Shown here: positions 13,837 to 26,899 of the stretch, in pieces
Position numbering within the stretch: the first letter of the stretch is position 1
Layout of the letters: each line of letters starts with the position of its first letter
Origin: Octopus bimaculoides
Taxonomy: Eukaryota
Length of the DNA: 64,000 nt
Reading direction: 5' to 3'
NCBI RefSeq assembly: GCF_001194135.2
Contig: NC_068981.1
Coordinates: forward strand, 8,452,684-8,516,683
Made by a program: the position numbers and the translations under genes
The notes under the pieces: generated by a model
The model's database searches: none
The model's input: only the letters and a program-made list of their open reading frames with translations
Told to the model about the DNA's origin: nothing

Positions 13837-15395
13837 ACATATTCAGCCGTTTTCTTCTTCTTTCTGGTCAACTGAACATGTGCAACAGTCATCCAAACGT
13901 TTTTTTTTTTTTCTCTCCGTTTCCATCTGTTTTCTCTCCTCAATCCTTTCTGTCAAAGAGTTTAGGTTCGAAACATCAAAGACTCTTCTATTTTTTCCTG
14001 CACGTCAAACTAATCCACCTCATTTGTTTTTCCCTCACCTGCGTTTGTATTTTTTGCTTTACGTTTGTTTTTTTTTTTGTTTAATTTTGAAACCTATATA
14101 CGTATGTGTGTCTGTGTATAGCATTGTCATTTAATATGTATGGAACATGGATGTTAAATGATGACGATGATGACGACAACGACAATGATGATGATGATGA
14201 TGACGATGATGATGATGATGACGATGATGATGATGATGACGATGATGATGATTTATTGATTGCATTAGTGACATGTCATTAGTCTGAAGCAATAAAAATG
14301 GTAAATGGAATGTACGCAGCACCAATTCTTGAGTCAATGTTAGAATCGTCATTGCAGGTTTTCTGTAAGTTGTCATCACTGTTACTATTTCTCATGTTCC
14401 TGCAACAGGAATGTAGTTGTGACTGCGATGTAATAAATTCCCTGAAGGGAGACCAATTCTCATAAAGAAATGTTGGAAGCAAATTGGAATTGAGACCCAA
14501 TTCTCTTCATTTATCATCAATTTTTCTTCCTCTTCTCCCCCACCCACTTCCATCTCCTTCTTTTTCTTATTTCTTTTCTTTCTCTTCTTCATTTTATTCT
14601 TCATTCTCTATTACTGCTGACATTTCTGCTGACAACAGACAAAATAAACCAAAACCTTCATGAAGAAGAAAAGACAAATCAACCATAAGTTGCGTCGCTT
14701 GGATTGCTGTAGAAAATGGAGGATGCTGTTTGACCTGATCAAACACACACACACACACACACATCATCATCATCATCTTCCTTATTGCTTTAGACTCCCT
14801 TTCCATTCTGGCATCAGTTAAACATATTTTTCTCCAAGATGGCTTCGAGAACCACATTTCACTCATAAGTTCCCTTTTTTTTATTTGTATCTCCACAGCA
14901 GGATGCTGTATCTAACACCAACCACTTCACTGAGTGTACTTTATAAGGATGCCTTATAAGGGTACTGGCCCTGGAGGGGCATTGCTATGCCCCAGGCAAC
15001 TCTAAAAGATCCCCTTGACCCTACATCCTTATTTAGTCAGTAGAATCATTGTGGCACCAGCACAAAAGGGGTTGCCATAAAAGTAGAGAGACTCACCAAC
15101 CATCATCATTGTCATCACCACCATCATCATCATCCTCATCATCATCCTCATCACCCTGGTCATCAATTCAACATCCATTTTTCCATGCTTACATGGATTT
15201 GATGGAATTCACCAAGGCAGATTTTCTGTCACTGGATGCTCTGCCTGTCACCAGCCATCACCTGTTTCCAACCGAGGTACTATTTCTCCATAACTAGACA
15301 TGTTTTCATGGAAGACTGGAAATGAACAACCTCACCTGTATGATGGGGAAGTTTGTTTACAAGTATGACATGATGTGAAAAGAAGGAGACACACG

Positions 15396-15436
<41 letters not shown>

Positions 15437-15669
15437 GGAAGGTTTTAGTCAGCTTAAGGGTATAGTAAAAGACACATGCCCCCCAAGGTGCCATGCAGTG
15501 GGAATGAACCCAGAACCATGTGGTTGAGCAGCCAACTTCTTAACCACACAGTCAATGAAGGAGTTGAAGAAAAGAAACCATTGGTAACAGAAGAAACAAG
15601 GTGGGTGGGAGAGGGGAATCAGGAGAGGAGATAGAGAGGAAGTGGGATAAGAGGTTGGTACGTATAAAC

Positions 15670-15709
<40 letters not shown>

Positions 15710-15805
15710 ATATCATCATCATAATCATCATTTAATGTCCACCTTCCATGCTGACCTGGGTTGGACAGTTTGACAGGGGCCGGCCAGGTAGAAGACTACA
15801 CCAGA

Positions 15806-16041
15806 TTTCTTATTTCTTTATTGCCCACAAGGGGCTAAACATAGAGGGGACAAACAAGGACAGACAAAGGGATTAAGCTGATTACATCGACCCCAGTGCA
15901 TAACTGGTACTTAATTTATCGACCCTGAAAGGATGAAAGGCAAAGTTGACCTCGGCAGAATTTGAACTCAGAACGTAACGGCAGACGAAATACCGCTAAG
16001 CATTTCGCCCGGCGTGCTAACGTTTCTGCCAGCTCTCCGCC
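15806..16041 (-). mobile_element. tRNA-derived SINE family B, near-complete copy
   Basis: Minus strand begins aggcggagagctggcagaaacgttagcacgccgggcgaaatgcttagcgg, has B-box-like gagttcaaattc, and ends ...gggcaataaagaaataagaaa. Confidence 0.85.
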
Positions 16042-17138
16042 TTTGTCTGTACCAGGTTTCTGCGTCTGTTTTGGTTTTTATGGTTGGATGCCCTTCCTAG
16101 CACCAACCACCCTGCAGAGTGGGCTGAGTGCATCGAAATCAAAATGGAAATTGTAGTTGTGGCCATTGCCAGTGCCGCTAGACAGGCACTCGTGCTGGTG
16201 GCACATAATAAGTACCATTCAAGCGTGAGTCAATGCCAGTGGCACATAAAAAGCACCATCTGAACATGGTCGATGCCAGTCCCCCACCGACTCGCTCCAG
16301 CGCCGGTGTCACATAAAAAGCACCCAGCCACACTCTGTAAAGTGGTTGGCATTAGGAAGGGCATCCAACCATAGAAACCCTACCAAAACAGACATATGGA
16401 GCTTGGTGCAGCCCCTGGCCTTACCAGCTCCAACGAAACCATCCAGCCCATACCAGTATGGGGAACGGACATGACATGATGATGATGATGATGATGATAT
16501 ACACTCATTTTATCACTTCATCGATCCACCTCACCACCACCACCACCTGTGTACATACTTAAACACACATGAGCCTACCCATATGTCTCAGTTTAAACTC
16601 CTACCACTCCTCATTACCATGCTCCTTCTCCCCCACCATCACCCCACACCAGTCTATTTGGAAGTAGCATCAGATCTGTCCTCCACTCTCACCTCTCACT
16701 CTCTCATCCTAGTCCTCATTCTCTCTTCCACCTTGTCTAACTTTACTTGACATTCACCTCTCTTACTACCACCACCACCACCACCACCATCTGTTTCTAT
16801 CTGTCTCACCCTTTCTTTCTCTATGACATATTTTTATGGCCATCCTATCACCACTACTCATAATGTTTCCACCCAACAATCAACATGGAACTATCACTGT
16901 CACTCTTCCATAACCTCCTCCCAAAACAGTTTCCTTTACACACACACGCACACACATATGTATATATATATATATGTGTATATATATATATATATATACA
17001 TATGAGTGTGTGTGCATGTGTGTGTGTGCATGTGTGTGTGTGTACATGTGTGTGTGTGTACATGCGTGTTAACATATCTATGTTTCTATAAACATCTCAT
17101 AAATATGCTTTATATTTCCAACATCATCATCATGATTA

Positions 17139-17185
<47 letters not shown>

Positions 17186-17697
17186 TGTTATACTATTCAT
17201 TTGGATGTTTTATTCTTTTTTACCTCTGTATGCGTATATATGTGCATATAGCTGCATATTTGTTTGTATGTACATGTCCTATATCAGCGCATACATGCAT
17301 ATATTCGCATTTGCATGTGTATATTTGCATATGTCTGTATATATGATATATGTTCTGATCTCTGCAACTGTGTATGTATGTGAGTGTATACATACATACG
17401 TATGTGTACGTACATATGTCAGCATATATATGTGTGTGTATGCATACATTTACCTAAGTGCGCATATGTACATACAACTTTATATGTTAGTGTGCATATA
17501 ANNNNNNNNNNNNNNNNNNNNNNNNNNNNNNNNNNNNNNNNNNNNNNNNNNNNNNNNNNNNNNNNNNNNNNNNNNNNNNNNNNNNNNNNNNNNNNNNNNN
17601 NNNNNNNNNNNNNNNNNNNNNNNNNNNNNNNNNNNNNNNNNNNNNNNNNNNNNNNNNNNNNNNNNNNNNNNNNNNNNNNNNNNNNNNNNNNNNNNNN

Positions 17698-17753
<56 letters not shown>

Positions 17754-18199
17754 CACACACTCATAGTAACGTAAAACCTAAGCTGGGAGACAAACTCACT
17801 GTTTCAGTTTCAATAAAAGCTTCTAAGATATAAATGAAGAAGGAACAGGGGTGTCTACTGGGTGCATAATAAATGTATATAAAAATTATAAATTATTGCC
17901 CACTTCTATGGTCATATCGAAAATTATTAGATTTACAATGGTTAATTTGAATTAAATTAGGGGTAACAGCTAAGGATTAGAAAAGGGTCAGTTAAGAAAT
18001 ATATCCTTTGTATGTTAGATTAGAGATAATTTGAATAGGAGTGGGAGAATCCTTAAGAAGACACAGGTATTAATTTAACTTTGAGCTAGGTAAATTGTTT
18101 ATATAAGATTTTTATTTGGAAAGTTTAACAAAGTTTTATTAGTGAAGTGTAGTGTCTCAGCATGGCCATAGTCCAATGATTGAAACAAGTTATAAAGAA

Positions 18200-18875
18200 C
18201 ATATTAAAATGTTATGCTTATTAATTAAATTGGATCTACAAGAGAGAATTTCCAGTGCCTCCACTGAGCTCAAATTATAGCTACCATTGCTCCCTCTATA
18301 AGAGCACTATCTACAATAGACTATGAAATGGGGTATATTTATGCCTTTGAAGTCCATGATGAACTTGGCCAATGAAGTGCAGTGTTCTTTTCTTTTGTAT
18401 TTAAAAAAACGAACATGGTTATGTGTCTGGTCTTGAATTTTTTGAATTTTGCAACAGTATCTCCTATATAATAACGGACATCCTCAAGTGTTTTCACCTA
18501 GCACTTACATATTAGACATTGGTTACTGAAAGGGCATTTGTCATGATTATCACAGTTGCATATTCTATTATGTATGAAGTCATAAGATGCCTTATTTATT
18601 TTATTAGTGTTAATGTCATTACTAAAAGGAGATACTACATTATTAAAATCGGTATTTTTTTAACCAGATGGGTGTGTATCATTTGAAGCAGGCTCAGATT
18701 GATCTACACAGTCTAAATAAATAAACATACATTCACTAATTCTAATAGTCTTCTGTTTCTTACTGTTAAAAATCTCTGTAATATCTGCTAAATTAGGTGT
18801 AGTGGAATATGCAAACTTCACAGTATGTCTGTTGAATATCTTTCTATATCTGCTTTTTCCTATTTGTTCTAACAC
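18200..18875 (-). mobile_element. Penelope-like retroelement, decayed linker/GIY-YIG endonuclease region
   Basis: Minus frames give KIFNRHTVKFAYSTTPNLADI, CNCDNHDKCPFSNQCL, YYIGDTVAKFK, HNHVRFFKYKRKEHCTSLAKFIMDFK and LEILSCRSNLINK. These are collinear with the Penelope-like C-terminal CNC..CP..C, YIG and ..LSKYIW..LNKR blocks. Confidence 0.8.
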
Positions 18876-19028
18876 CTTGTATGTTGTACTCCTGTCTCTC
18901 TCATTATTATTATTCCTTGATGTTTATTAAATCTCTACTCTTGCTATGGTAATCCACTGTCCTTAGGTATTTTCTTTTTGTTTCCTTTGAGAATATAAAA
19001 GATCATCTTCACATATTCTGCCTGTTAT

Positions 19029-19900
19029 ATCATCATCATCGTCATCGTCGTTGTTTAACGTTCACTTTCGATGCTGGCATGGGTTGGATGATTTGACTGA
19101 GTGGAGTGGGTGCTTTTTACATGCCACTGGTACAAGGGCCAGTCAGGCGGTACTGGCATTGACCACACTCAAATGGTGCTTTTTACGTACCACCAGCACA
19201 GGACCCAGTCAGGCGGCACTGGCAATGACCATGCTTGAATGGTGTTTTTTACATGCCACTAGCACAGGAGCAAGTCAGGCGACGCTGACAATAATCATAC
19301 TCGAATGGTGCTTTTTACATGCCACTGGTATGGGTGCCAATCAGGCAGTACTGTCATTGGCCATGACAATGATTTCACTTGCCTCAACAGCTCTTTACAA
19401 GTACAGTTTATTGCCCAATGATTGAAGGGTACTCTTAAATGGGCTGGTTATGCTGCACTGGCATAGGCCACGGCTATGGTCTCACTTGGCTTGTTAGGTC
19501 GTCTCAAGCACAGCATATCTCGAAAGGTCTCTGTCAATTGTCATTGCCTCAGTGAGGCCCAATACTCAGAGGTCGTGCTTCACCACCTCATCCCAGGTCT
19601 TCCTGGGTCTACCTCTTCCACAGGTTCCCTCTACTGCTAGGGTGTAACACTTTTTCACACAGCTGTCCTCATCCATTCGCAACACATGACCATACCAACT
19701 TGTCTCTCATGGTGCTTATACTCTGTTGTGTATGCACACTGACATTATACATACAGCAGAGCATACTGGTTTCATTCCTTGCAAGCTTACGCATGTCCTC
19801 AGCAGTCATGGCCCATGTTTCTCTGCCATGTAGCATGGTTGTTTGCACACATGCCTCATATAGTTTACCTTTTACTCTGTCTACCTTTTACTCCATACAC
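19029..19900 (-). mobile_element. RTE LINE 3' end: ORF C-terminus, ~465-nt 3' UTR with ~65-nt tandem subrepeats, (GAT)n tail
   Basis: Reads RVKGKLYEACVQTTMLHGRETWAMTAEDMRKLARNE..WYGHVLRMDEDSCVKKCYTLAVEGTCGRGRPRKTWDEVVKHDL..RYAVLETT* (stop 19496-19494). Four subrepeats at ~19108-19370. Confidence 0.92.
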
Positions 19901-20009
19901 CTTTTACACCTTCGAACGAGAGCATATATCCTTGCCCTGTAAAATTCTGTTGACTGTTCTTTGAGCCACTTCTTCACTACAGTTTTCACTTCCTTGTCAC
20001 TGGAATAAT

Positions 20010-20324
20010 TTAGCGCCTTCAGACTATCATCTCTTTGGCCCCATGAAAGAGGGTTTGAGAGACAAACATTATTCCAGTGATGAGGAAGTGAAAACTGTAG
20101 TGAAGAAACGGCTCAAAGAACAGTCAACAGAATTTTACGGGGTAGGGATACATGCCCTCATTTGAAGGTGGAACATTGCTATTGAGAGAAATGGTGACTA
20201 TGTTGAGGAGTAGGGATGTGATCCACAGAGGACCAGCTTTATTTTGATGTATGATACATGTTCCTGTGTTGGTAACTATACCTGTCCCAAACAAAATGGC
20301 ATTACTTTGTGACTCACCCTCGTA
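20010..20324 (+). mobile_element. mariner transposon 3' fragment with right TIR
   Basis: Reads LAPSDYHLFGPMKEGLRDKHYSSDEEVKTVVKKRLKEQSTEFY..RWNIAIERNGDYVE and ends ...ttactttgtgactcaccctcgTA. Confidence 0.88.
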
Positions 20325-20854
20325 TATATAAAACATGAGTAATAACCTATATATCAACAAGAGATAACTTTTATAGTATTGAATGTGATCAAGTTGTGTG
20401 TGTGTTCCAAGTATAGATATGGAGTAGATATGCAACTTGTGTGTGTGTTATATACATACAATGATATTTGAAATGTGGAAGGAAGAGATTGAGTTGTATA
20501 CACATATTTGATGGCAGGGAGAAAGAAAGGAAGAAAGAACAAACGAGGATGAAAGTGGGGGAGGGTGGAAATGAGGTGGGGAGCAAAGGGGTTGAGTAAA
20601 TAAAATTGAAAAGAGAGAAGAGAAGAAAATATATGTTAAAAGGGGGTGGGGAATAGAAAAGAATGAGAAAAATGTTTGTAGGAGTAAAAAAGGAAACAAG
20701 TAAATATCATTGAAAAATTAATTAAGGAAGAAATTAAGGGAAGACTCTTTGAAAAAAAGCAAAAAGATTTTGGAAAGAAAGAAAGAAAAAAACAACAATA
20801 CATAGATGCACATACATACATACATGCATACAATACATACACATATATATATAT

Positions 20855-20910
<56 letters not shown>

Positions 20911-21239
20911 ATGTGTGTGTGTGTGTGTGTATGCATGGCCACACTCAAATGACTGAAACAAGTAAAAGAATAAAAGAACATATGTATGTATCATCATCAT
21001 CATCGTTTAACGTCCGCTTTCCATGCTAGCATGGGTTGGACGATTTGACTGAGGACTGGTGAAACCGGATGGCAACACCAGGCTCCAGTCTGATTTGGCA
21101 GAGTTTCTACAGCTGGATGCCCTTCCTAACGCCAACCACTCAGAGAGTGTAGTGGGTGCTTTTACGTGTCACCCGCACGAAAACGGCCACGCTCGAAATG
21201 GTGTCTTTTATGTGCCACCCGCACAAGCCAGTCCAGGGG

Positions 21240-21312
<73 letters not shown>

Positions 21313-23074
21313 CATATATATATACACACACTCACACATATATATAGGCAGATAGATAGATAGATAGATAGATAGATAAGTAGATGAATAGATAATAGTA
21401 AGAAATGTTTTAATAATTAGAAAGAAATTTGATGGATGAATGAAGAAAGTTCGTTAGAAAGAGAGCCACCATTTAATTTGAAATTATTCTTTATATACAA
21501 TTGTAAAGTTGATAGTTTTATAGATTGGATTCTTAATAAAAGAAGACAGAAAAAGACAATTGTTGCTTTGAATTAACCAAGTGACACAATATAGAGAAGG
21601 TTTTAATCATTTCTAAGTAATTTTTTCATTATTTGGTAAAGTAATTAAAAACCATTTTCAAGGATAACAAGACAAAACCCAGTATTGAAACACAGAAAGG
21701 TGATGGTAGTGGTGGATGGAATTAGTGGTGGGGAGTGTTGGTAGTGGGAAGTGTTTTTATTTTGACACAAATAGGATTTTTTTAAATTAAATTTTATATA
21801 TTTTAATAATGAAATAACGAAGGAAATATTTTTTTCTGAAAGTTGAAAGCCCTTCTTGTTGGTATCAATGTATTAATAGTAACATGGAATTTTTAATTAT
21901 TTGATCAGTAAGCAAACGAAAGCAAGAACTGTATTAGACATATCTTTGATTAGAACACCTGACTTTCATAAACCGGCTTCAATTAAATTCATTGAAAATT
22001 AACAAAGAATGTGTTCCTTTGTTGAAGATAGATGCAATACTAAATATTAGAATCCATTTCTATTTCTGGCATTTTGAACTATTTGTTGTCAAGATTTGGC
22101 CATGGTACCAATGAATTCAAATTTCCAGGTTTTGGTGACATGGCAATAACTTTGATGATAATAATAATAGTAATAACAACAACAGGTTTCAAATTTTGGC
22201 TCAAGGCCAGTAACTTTTAATGGGTGTGGGTAAGATGATTACATCAAACCCAGGGCTCAACGGGTACTTCACTTTATCAACTCCAAAAGGTTAAAGGCAA
22301 AGTCAACCTTGGTGGAATTTGAATGTGTGTGTGTGTATATATACACACGCACACACACATATATTATATAGAGAGAGAATATATGGTTATTATTTTTCAA
22401 TACAAGACTTCCCATCTAACAGCCGTTTTTGCTTCCGATGTGCTACGGTTTTGACATTGAAAATTCTGAGAATTATATTTGTTATATTTTGTAACACGTC
22501 CAATCTGGGATATGTTTGTCCAATTCCGCTCCCCACCAACCGCCTCAACCTGCAATGGTCCAAATAGGGACCTCTCTAAGTTTTAACGACACTGCGGGTG
22601 ATGTTCTTTCTTTTGTATGGTGATTATTAACATGCTTGTTTGTTTTATTTATAATGTCCTAAGCAGCTTTGGGCTCCATACTTTTACTTTATATTTACTT
22701 TTTTATTTAGATCTACTTGTATAACAGTCTTCTGACCAATTTGAAAGCTGGACTTGGGTCAATCCCATTACAGGTGGTTGGTCTTTAGAATATATCAGTA
22801 AGTAAATAACTGTAATTAACTAATGGCCATTTTATTAGGATAAACTATTAATTAGTACTATTAACATAATCTTGGGAACTATTATGAATACTTCTAAACA
22901 TGATGGCACTACCATTCCCTCTTTTTCTAGACCTAATGGCATATCCCATTATGGTAAAATATTTACTTTACTTTATTTTTATTTATACACCCTGTTATCC
23001 CTGAAGAATTACACTGCAAAATGGTATGATTTGAATATATTAAGCCTTATTCTTCTCGAGGCTCTTCCTCTTTT

Positions 23075-23119
<45 letters not shown>

Positions 23120-23407
23120 TTTCATCTTTTAATGTATATATCATCATCATCATCATCATTATCATTTAACGTCTGCTTTCCATGCTAGCATGGGTTTGAT
23201 GATTTGACTGAGAACTGGTGAACCAGATGGCTGCACCAGGCTCCAATCTGATCTGGCAGAGTTTCTACAGCTGGATGCCCTCCCTAACGCCAACCACTCC
23301 GAGAGAGTAGTGGGTGCTTTTACATGCCAGTGGCATGAAGGTCAGTCAGGCAGTACTGGCAACGGTCACACTCAAAATGGTGTATTTTACATGCCACCTG
23401 CACAGGA

Positions 23408-24711
23408 GTGAGGGGGTACCCAAAAGTTACCAGAAATGTTTTCTGTGGGGCAAGCCAGTTGTAGTTCAGACTTTTGCTGCTAGAAGTCACTTGATGCAAC
23501 CTTCAGGCATCAGTCTGCTTACCGGCTTCAATGAGTGAAGTTGTGCTGCCACATGGTGCATCATTGTTTGGCAGTGCTTCTCCCCTGTTTGTCAATTTTT
23601 GCAATGATTGAAATAAAGGAACGACGTGCTTGTGTGAAATTCTATTTCCTGCTGGGGAAAAAAAGCAGCCAAAACAGTTGTCATGCTTGAAACAACTTAC
23701 AAGAACGCTGCCTTGAGCAAAGCACAAGTTTACGAGTGGTTTCCATGCTTTAGAGATGGTCACTTGTTGTTTGAAGACCAACCTTGTTCAGGATGACCTT
23801 TGACCTCCTGAACGAATAAAAACATCATGAAAATTTCATGAACCATGACAAACTCACTGAACCATTGACAAACTTGTTGATATGACTGGTGAGTCCTGGA
23901 GCTCCTGCCAACAAATTTTGAGCAAGGAATTGCAAATGAAAAGAGCTACATCAAAATTTGTGCCTCGTTTGCTCACGGAAGATCAAAAGCAGTCAGGACT
24001 GAATGCATGTCGTGAACTGAAAAAACAGTTGGAGGTTGATCCAGACATTTTTCCGAAGGTCGTCACTGGTGATGACAGCTGGTGCTACAGCTATGACCTG
24101 GAAATGAAGCAGCAATCAAGGCAAAGGAAGCATTCAATGTCACGAAACCCCCCCCAAAAAAACATATCAAGAGAAGTCCGTTATGAAGACGATGCTGATT
24201 TGTTTCATTGATGCAAAAGGAATTCTCCACACAGAGTTTGTTCCTCAAACTGTTAACCAAACATTTTACTTGGAAGTTCTGAAGTGTTTTGTGAGACATG
24301 GTGAGACAGAAACACTCCAACCTCTGGCAAAATGGTGAGTGCTGGTTTCATCACGACAATGCACCTGCACATACCACCTTGAATGTGAGATAGTTTTTGA
24401 CCAAAAATGGCATGACCCTACTTATCCATCCTCCCTATTCCCCCAATCTTGCTCCCTGTGACATTTTTTTTTGTTCCCCCAAATGAAAAAAAGTCCCTAA
24501 AGGGAAGAGGTGAAGAAAAAAAAAAACAACAGAGGCATTAAAAAGCATCACTTCGCCAAAGTTCTGAGACTGCTTCGAACAGTGGAAAACACATCTGGAC
24601 TGATGGAGTGCTTCAAATGGAGATTACATTGAAGGTGATAAAAGTGTAAGCATGGAAAACTAAGTGAATAACATTGCAAAATTCCGGTTTCTTTGGGGGT
24701 ACTCCCTTGTA
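23408..24711 (+). mobile_element. Near full-length decayed mariner (DD34D-type) element, ~1.3 kb
   Basis: TIRs gagggggtacccaaaagttaccagaaat and attccggtttctttgggggtactcccttgTA. Transposase motifs FVPRLLT, VTGDDSW, HHDNAPAH and HPPYSPNLAPCD are split by stops and frameshifts. Confidence 0.92.
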
Positions 24712-25122
24712 TATTAACAATAATTATCACAATATAGATAGAACATGGAGACTTGTCCATCCTCAAAATTTATTTCCCCTTAGTTTACAATTTTATACAG
24801 CTTATTATTATGGTCATAAGAATAAGCTGTATAAATCAAGAGGAAAGTCTACATGTTCTCTATCATTGTAATTATTGCTAATATTTACTCCAGACATACA
24901 GTGAAATGAACACGGAATTACCTATTGGATGAATTTACAGAGTGACTGACAACTATTAGTGGTCATATATGTTAAATATTGATCAATGTGGTTAGCCGTT
25001 ACCTGGAACATAACTGAGAGCCACCATGGTATCCACCTGGATGATATAGCCCTCCAAACTCTCATTTATATAAGCCCTTTATGTATGTGAAACCATTGGT
25101 CACTCTATGACTGGACATAGAT

Positions 25123-25597
25123 TTAACTGCATATAAATACATTACTGCTCTTACACACCCGGAATTTCTTTTCTAATTCTGTTACGAGGACAAGATCATC
25201 AGCATATAATAGTTCCCATGGGCTTCCAGTCTTAAATTCCTCTAATATGTCCTGGAAGACAATGATGAATACGAGGGGGCTGAAGACCGATCCTTGGTGG
25301 ACACCTACCTGTACATCAATGTACGCATGACCAACTCTTACCTTACTAACAACACCCCTATACATGGCCAGTACTGCTTTCACAGGCCATTCATTTATCT
25401 CTAGCTTCCTCACAGGTCACCATATCAGAGAGCGAGCTACTTTGTTGAAGACTTTCTTTAGATCAACAAATGCCAAGTACAATGACTTGTTCTTAGCTAA
25501 ATCCTTCTATTTGCAGTCGCCTAGCTATGAAAATAGCATCTGTGGTGTTCTCCCTGGGACGAAGCCAAACTGTAATTCATCTAGTCTAATTCTCTTC
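25123..25597 (-). mobile_element. RTE LINE reverse-transcriptase core fragment
   Basis: Reads IRLDELQFGFVPG..., then VGVHQGSVFSPLVFIIV..ELLYADDLVL. Confidence 0.92.
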
Positions 25598-25837
25598 CAC
25601 GGCTGATCTTACCAACTGGTTTCACATAAAGAATACAATGGAGTGTTAGGTAACAATCCAATTATATAACTCTGCGCTCATCAGAGTTAGCCGATATGGA
25701 AGGGAATATGGCGACTACAGTTGACATATTTCTTTCCATACCGGCTAACTCTGAAGAGCGCAGATTTATATAATTGGATTGTTACCTAACACTCCACAGT
25801 ATTCTCTTTGTGAAACCGAGTAGTAAGACCAGCTGTG
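25598..25837. mobile_element. 240-bp fold-back element (~113-nt imperfect arms, ~14-nt spacer)
   Basis: 25598-25710 is the reverse complement of 25725-25837 apart from scattered substitutions. Termini CACGGCTG...CAGCTGTG. No TSD seen. Confidence 0.9.
25600..25693 (-). ncRNA. Type I hammerhead-ribozyme-like motif (left arm of the fold-back)
   Basis: Minus strand reads cggctaact-CTGATGA-gcgcagag(loop)ctttatgt-GAAA-CC agtt GGT-A-agatcagccg. Core nucleotides and the GUA triplet are intact, stem III has 3 bp, and stem I has an internal loop. Stem II is wobble-rich with one mismatch. Folded by eye. Confidence 0.55.
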
Positions 25838-25938
25838 ATGGATACTTAATAGAATAAAATTCAGATAATATACACACTCTACTGAGTTATAGGATTGCAT
25901 CTTCTCCCTGACTTATGGTCTCTTAGCTGACTCGCGTG

Positions 25939-25984
<46 letters not shown>

Positions 25985-26899
25985 NNNNNNNNNNNNNNNN
26001 NNNNNNNNNNNNNNNNNNNNNNNNNNNNNNNNNNNNNNNNNNNNNNNNNNNNNNNNNNNNNNNNNNNNNNNNNNNNNNNNNNNNNNNNNNNNNNNNNNNN
26101 NNNNNNNNNNNNNNNNNNNNNNNNNNNNNNNNNNNNNNNNNNNNNNNNNNNNNNNNNNNNNNNNNNNNNNNNNNNNNNNNNNNNNNNNNNNNNNNNNNNN
26201 NNNNNNNNNNNNNNNNNNNNNNNNNNNNNNNNNNNNNNNNNNNNNNNNNNNNNNNNNNNNNNNNNNNNNNNNNNNNNNNNNNNNNNNNNNNNNNNNNNNN
26301 NNNNNNNNNNNNNNNNNNNNNNNNNNNNNNNNNNNNNNNNNNNNNNNNNNNNNNNNNNNNNNNNNNNNNNNNNNNNNNNNNNNNNNNNNNNNNNNNNNNN
26401 NNNNNCAACATCTTTTTTCTCCATTTTTTTTTAATACTCGTTTATGGTATATTTATACCTATAACGAAATTTTTCAAGTATTATTTTCATATTTTTATTA
26501 CTTGCTCTGGCTGATTTTTATGAATATGATGAATCTTTATTAGAAATCATTCTTTCTCTCTTTTTGGAACTCTCATAAAGTTTGAATTGTTCTTTTTGAA
26601 CTTATTTTTTTCACTATATATATATATATATATATAAACTTAATGCCTTGAATTTTATGGCATTTCAGAATATTAACTTCATACAGTTTTAAGTATTTTT
26701 TTGTATTTGTAAACATATACTTTAAACAATATGGTATAGACTAAACTCTGGCTCTTCTGAAAGTCATTGTCCCTCACTAGTCTTTCGAGAGCCTTCCCAA
26801 ACAGCTTTCAATAGATGGGGCTCTATCAGCAACCCTCAATAAACAGAGGTGCAAATAAAAGTTTTTGACAACATTTTAGTCTCCTTCGTTTGGTTTCTT

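Noticed and set aside
14279-14500. 73-aa minus ORF (..NDDSNIDSRIGAAYIPF..)
   Set aside because: No convincing donor and no recognised domain. IDSRIGAA may be an RTE remnant. It is flanked by simple repeats.
1888-19370. Regularly repeated units considered as CRISPR-like arrays (13-mer array, ~65-nt RTE subrepeats)
   Set aside because: They are head-to-tail repeats without unique spacers, there are no cas genes, and the context is eukaryotic TE.
21059-21355. Recurring peptide MKPDGNTRLQSDLAEFLQLDALPNANHSESVVGAF (also at 42514-42852, 40019-40366, 13401-13643, 2299-2508)
   Set aside because: It is an antisense reading of the RTE 3' UTR repeat, not a gene family.
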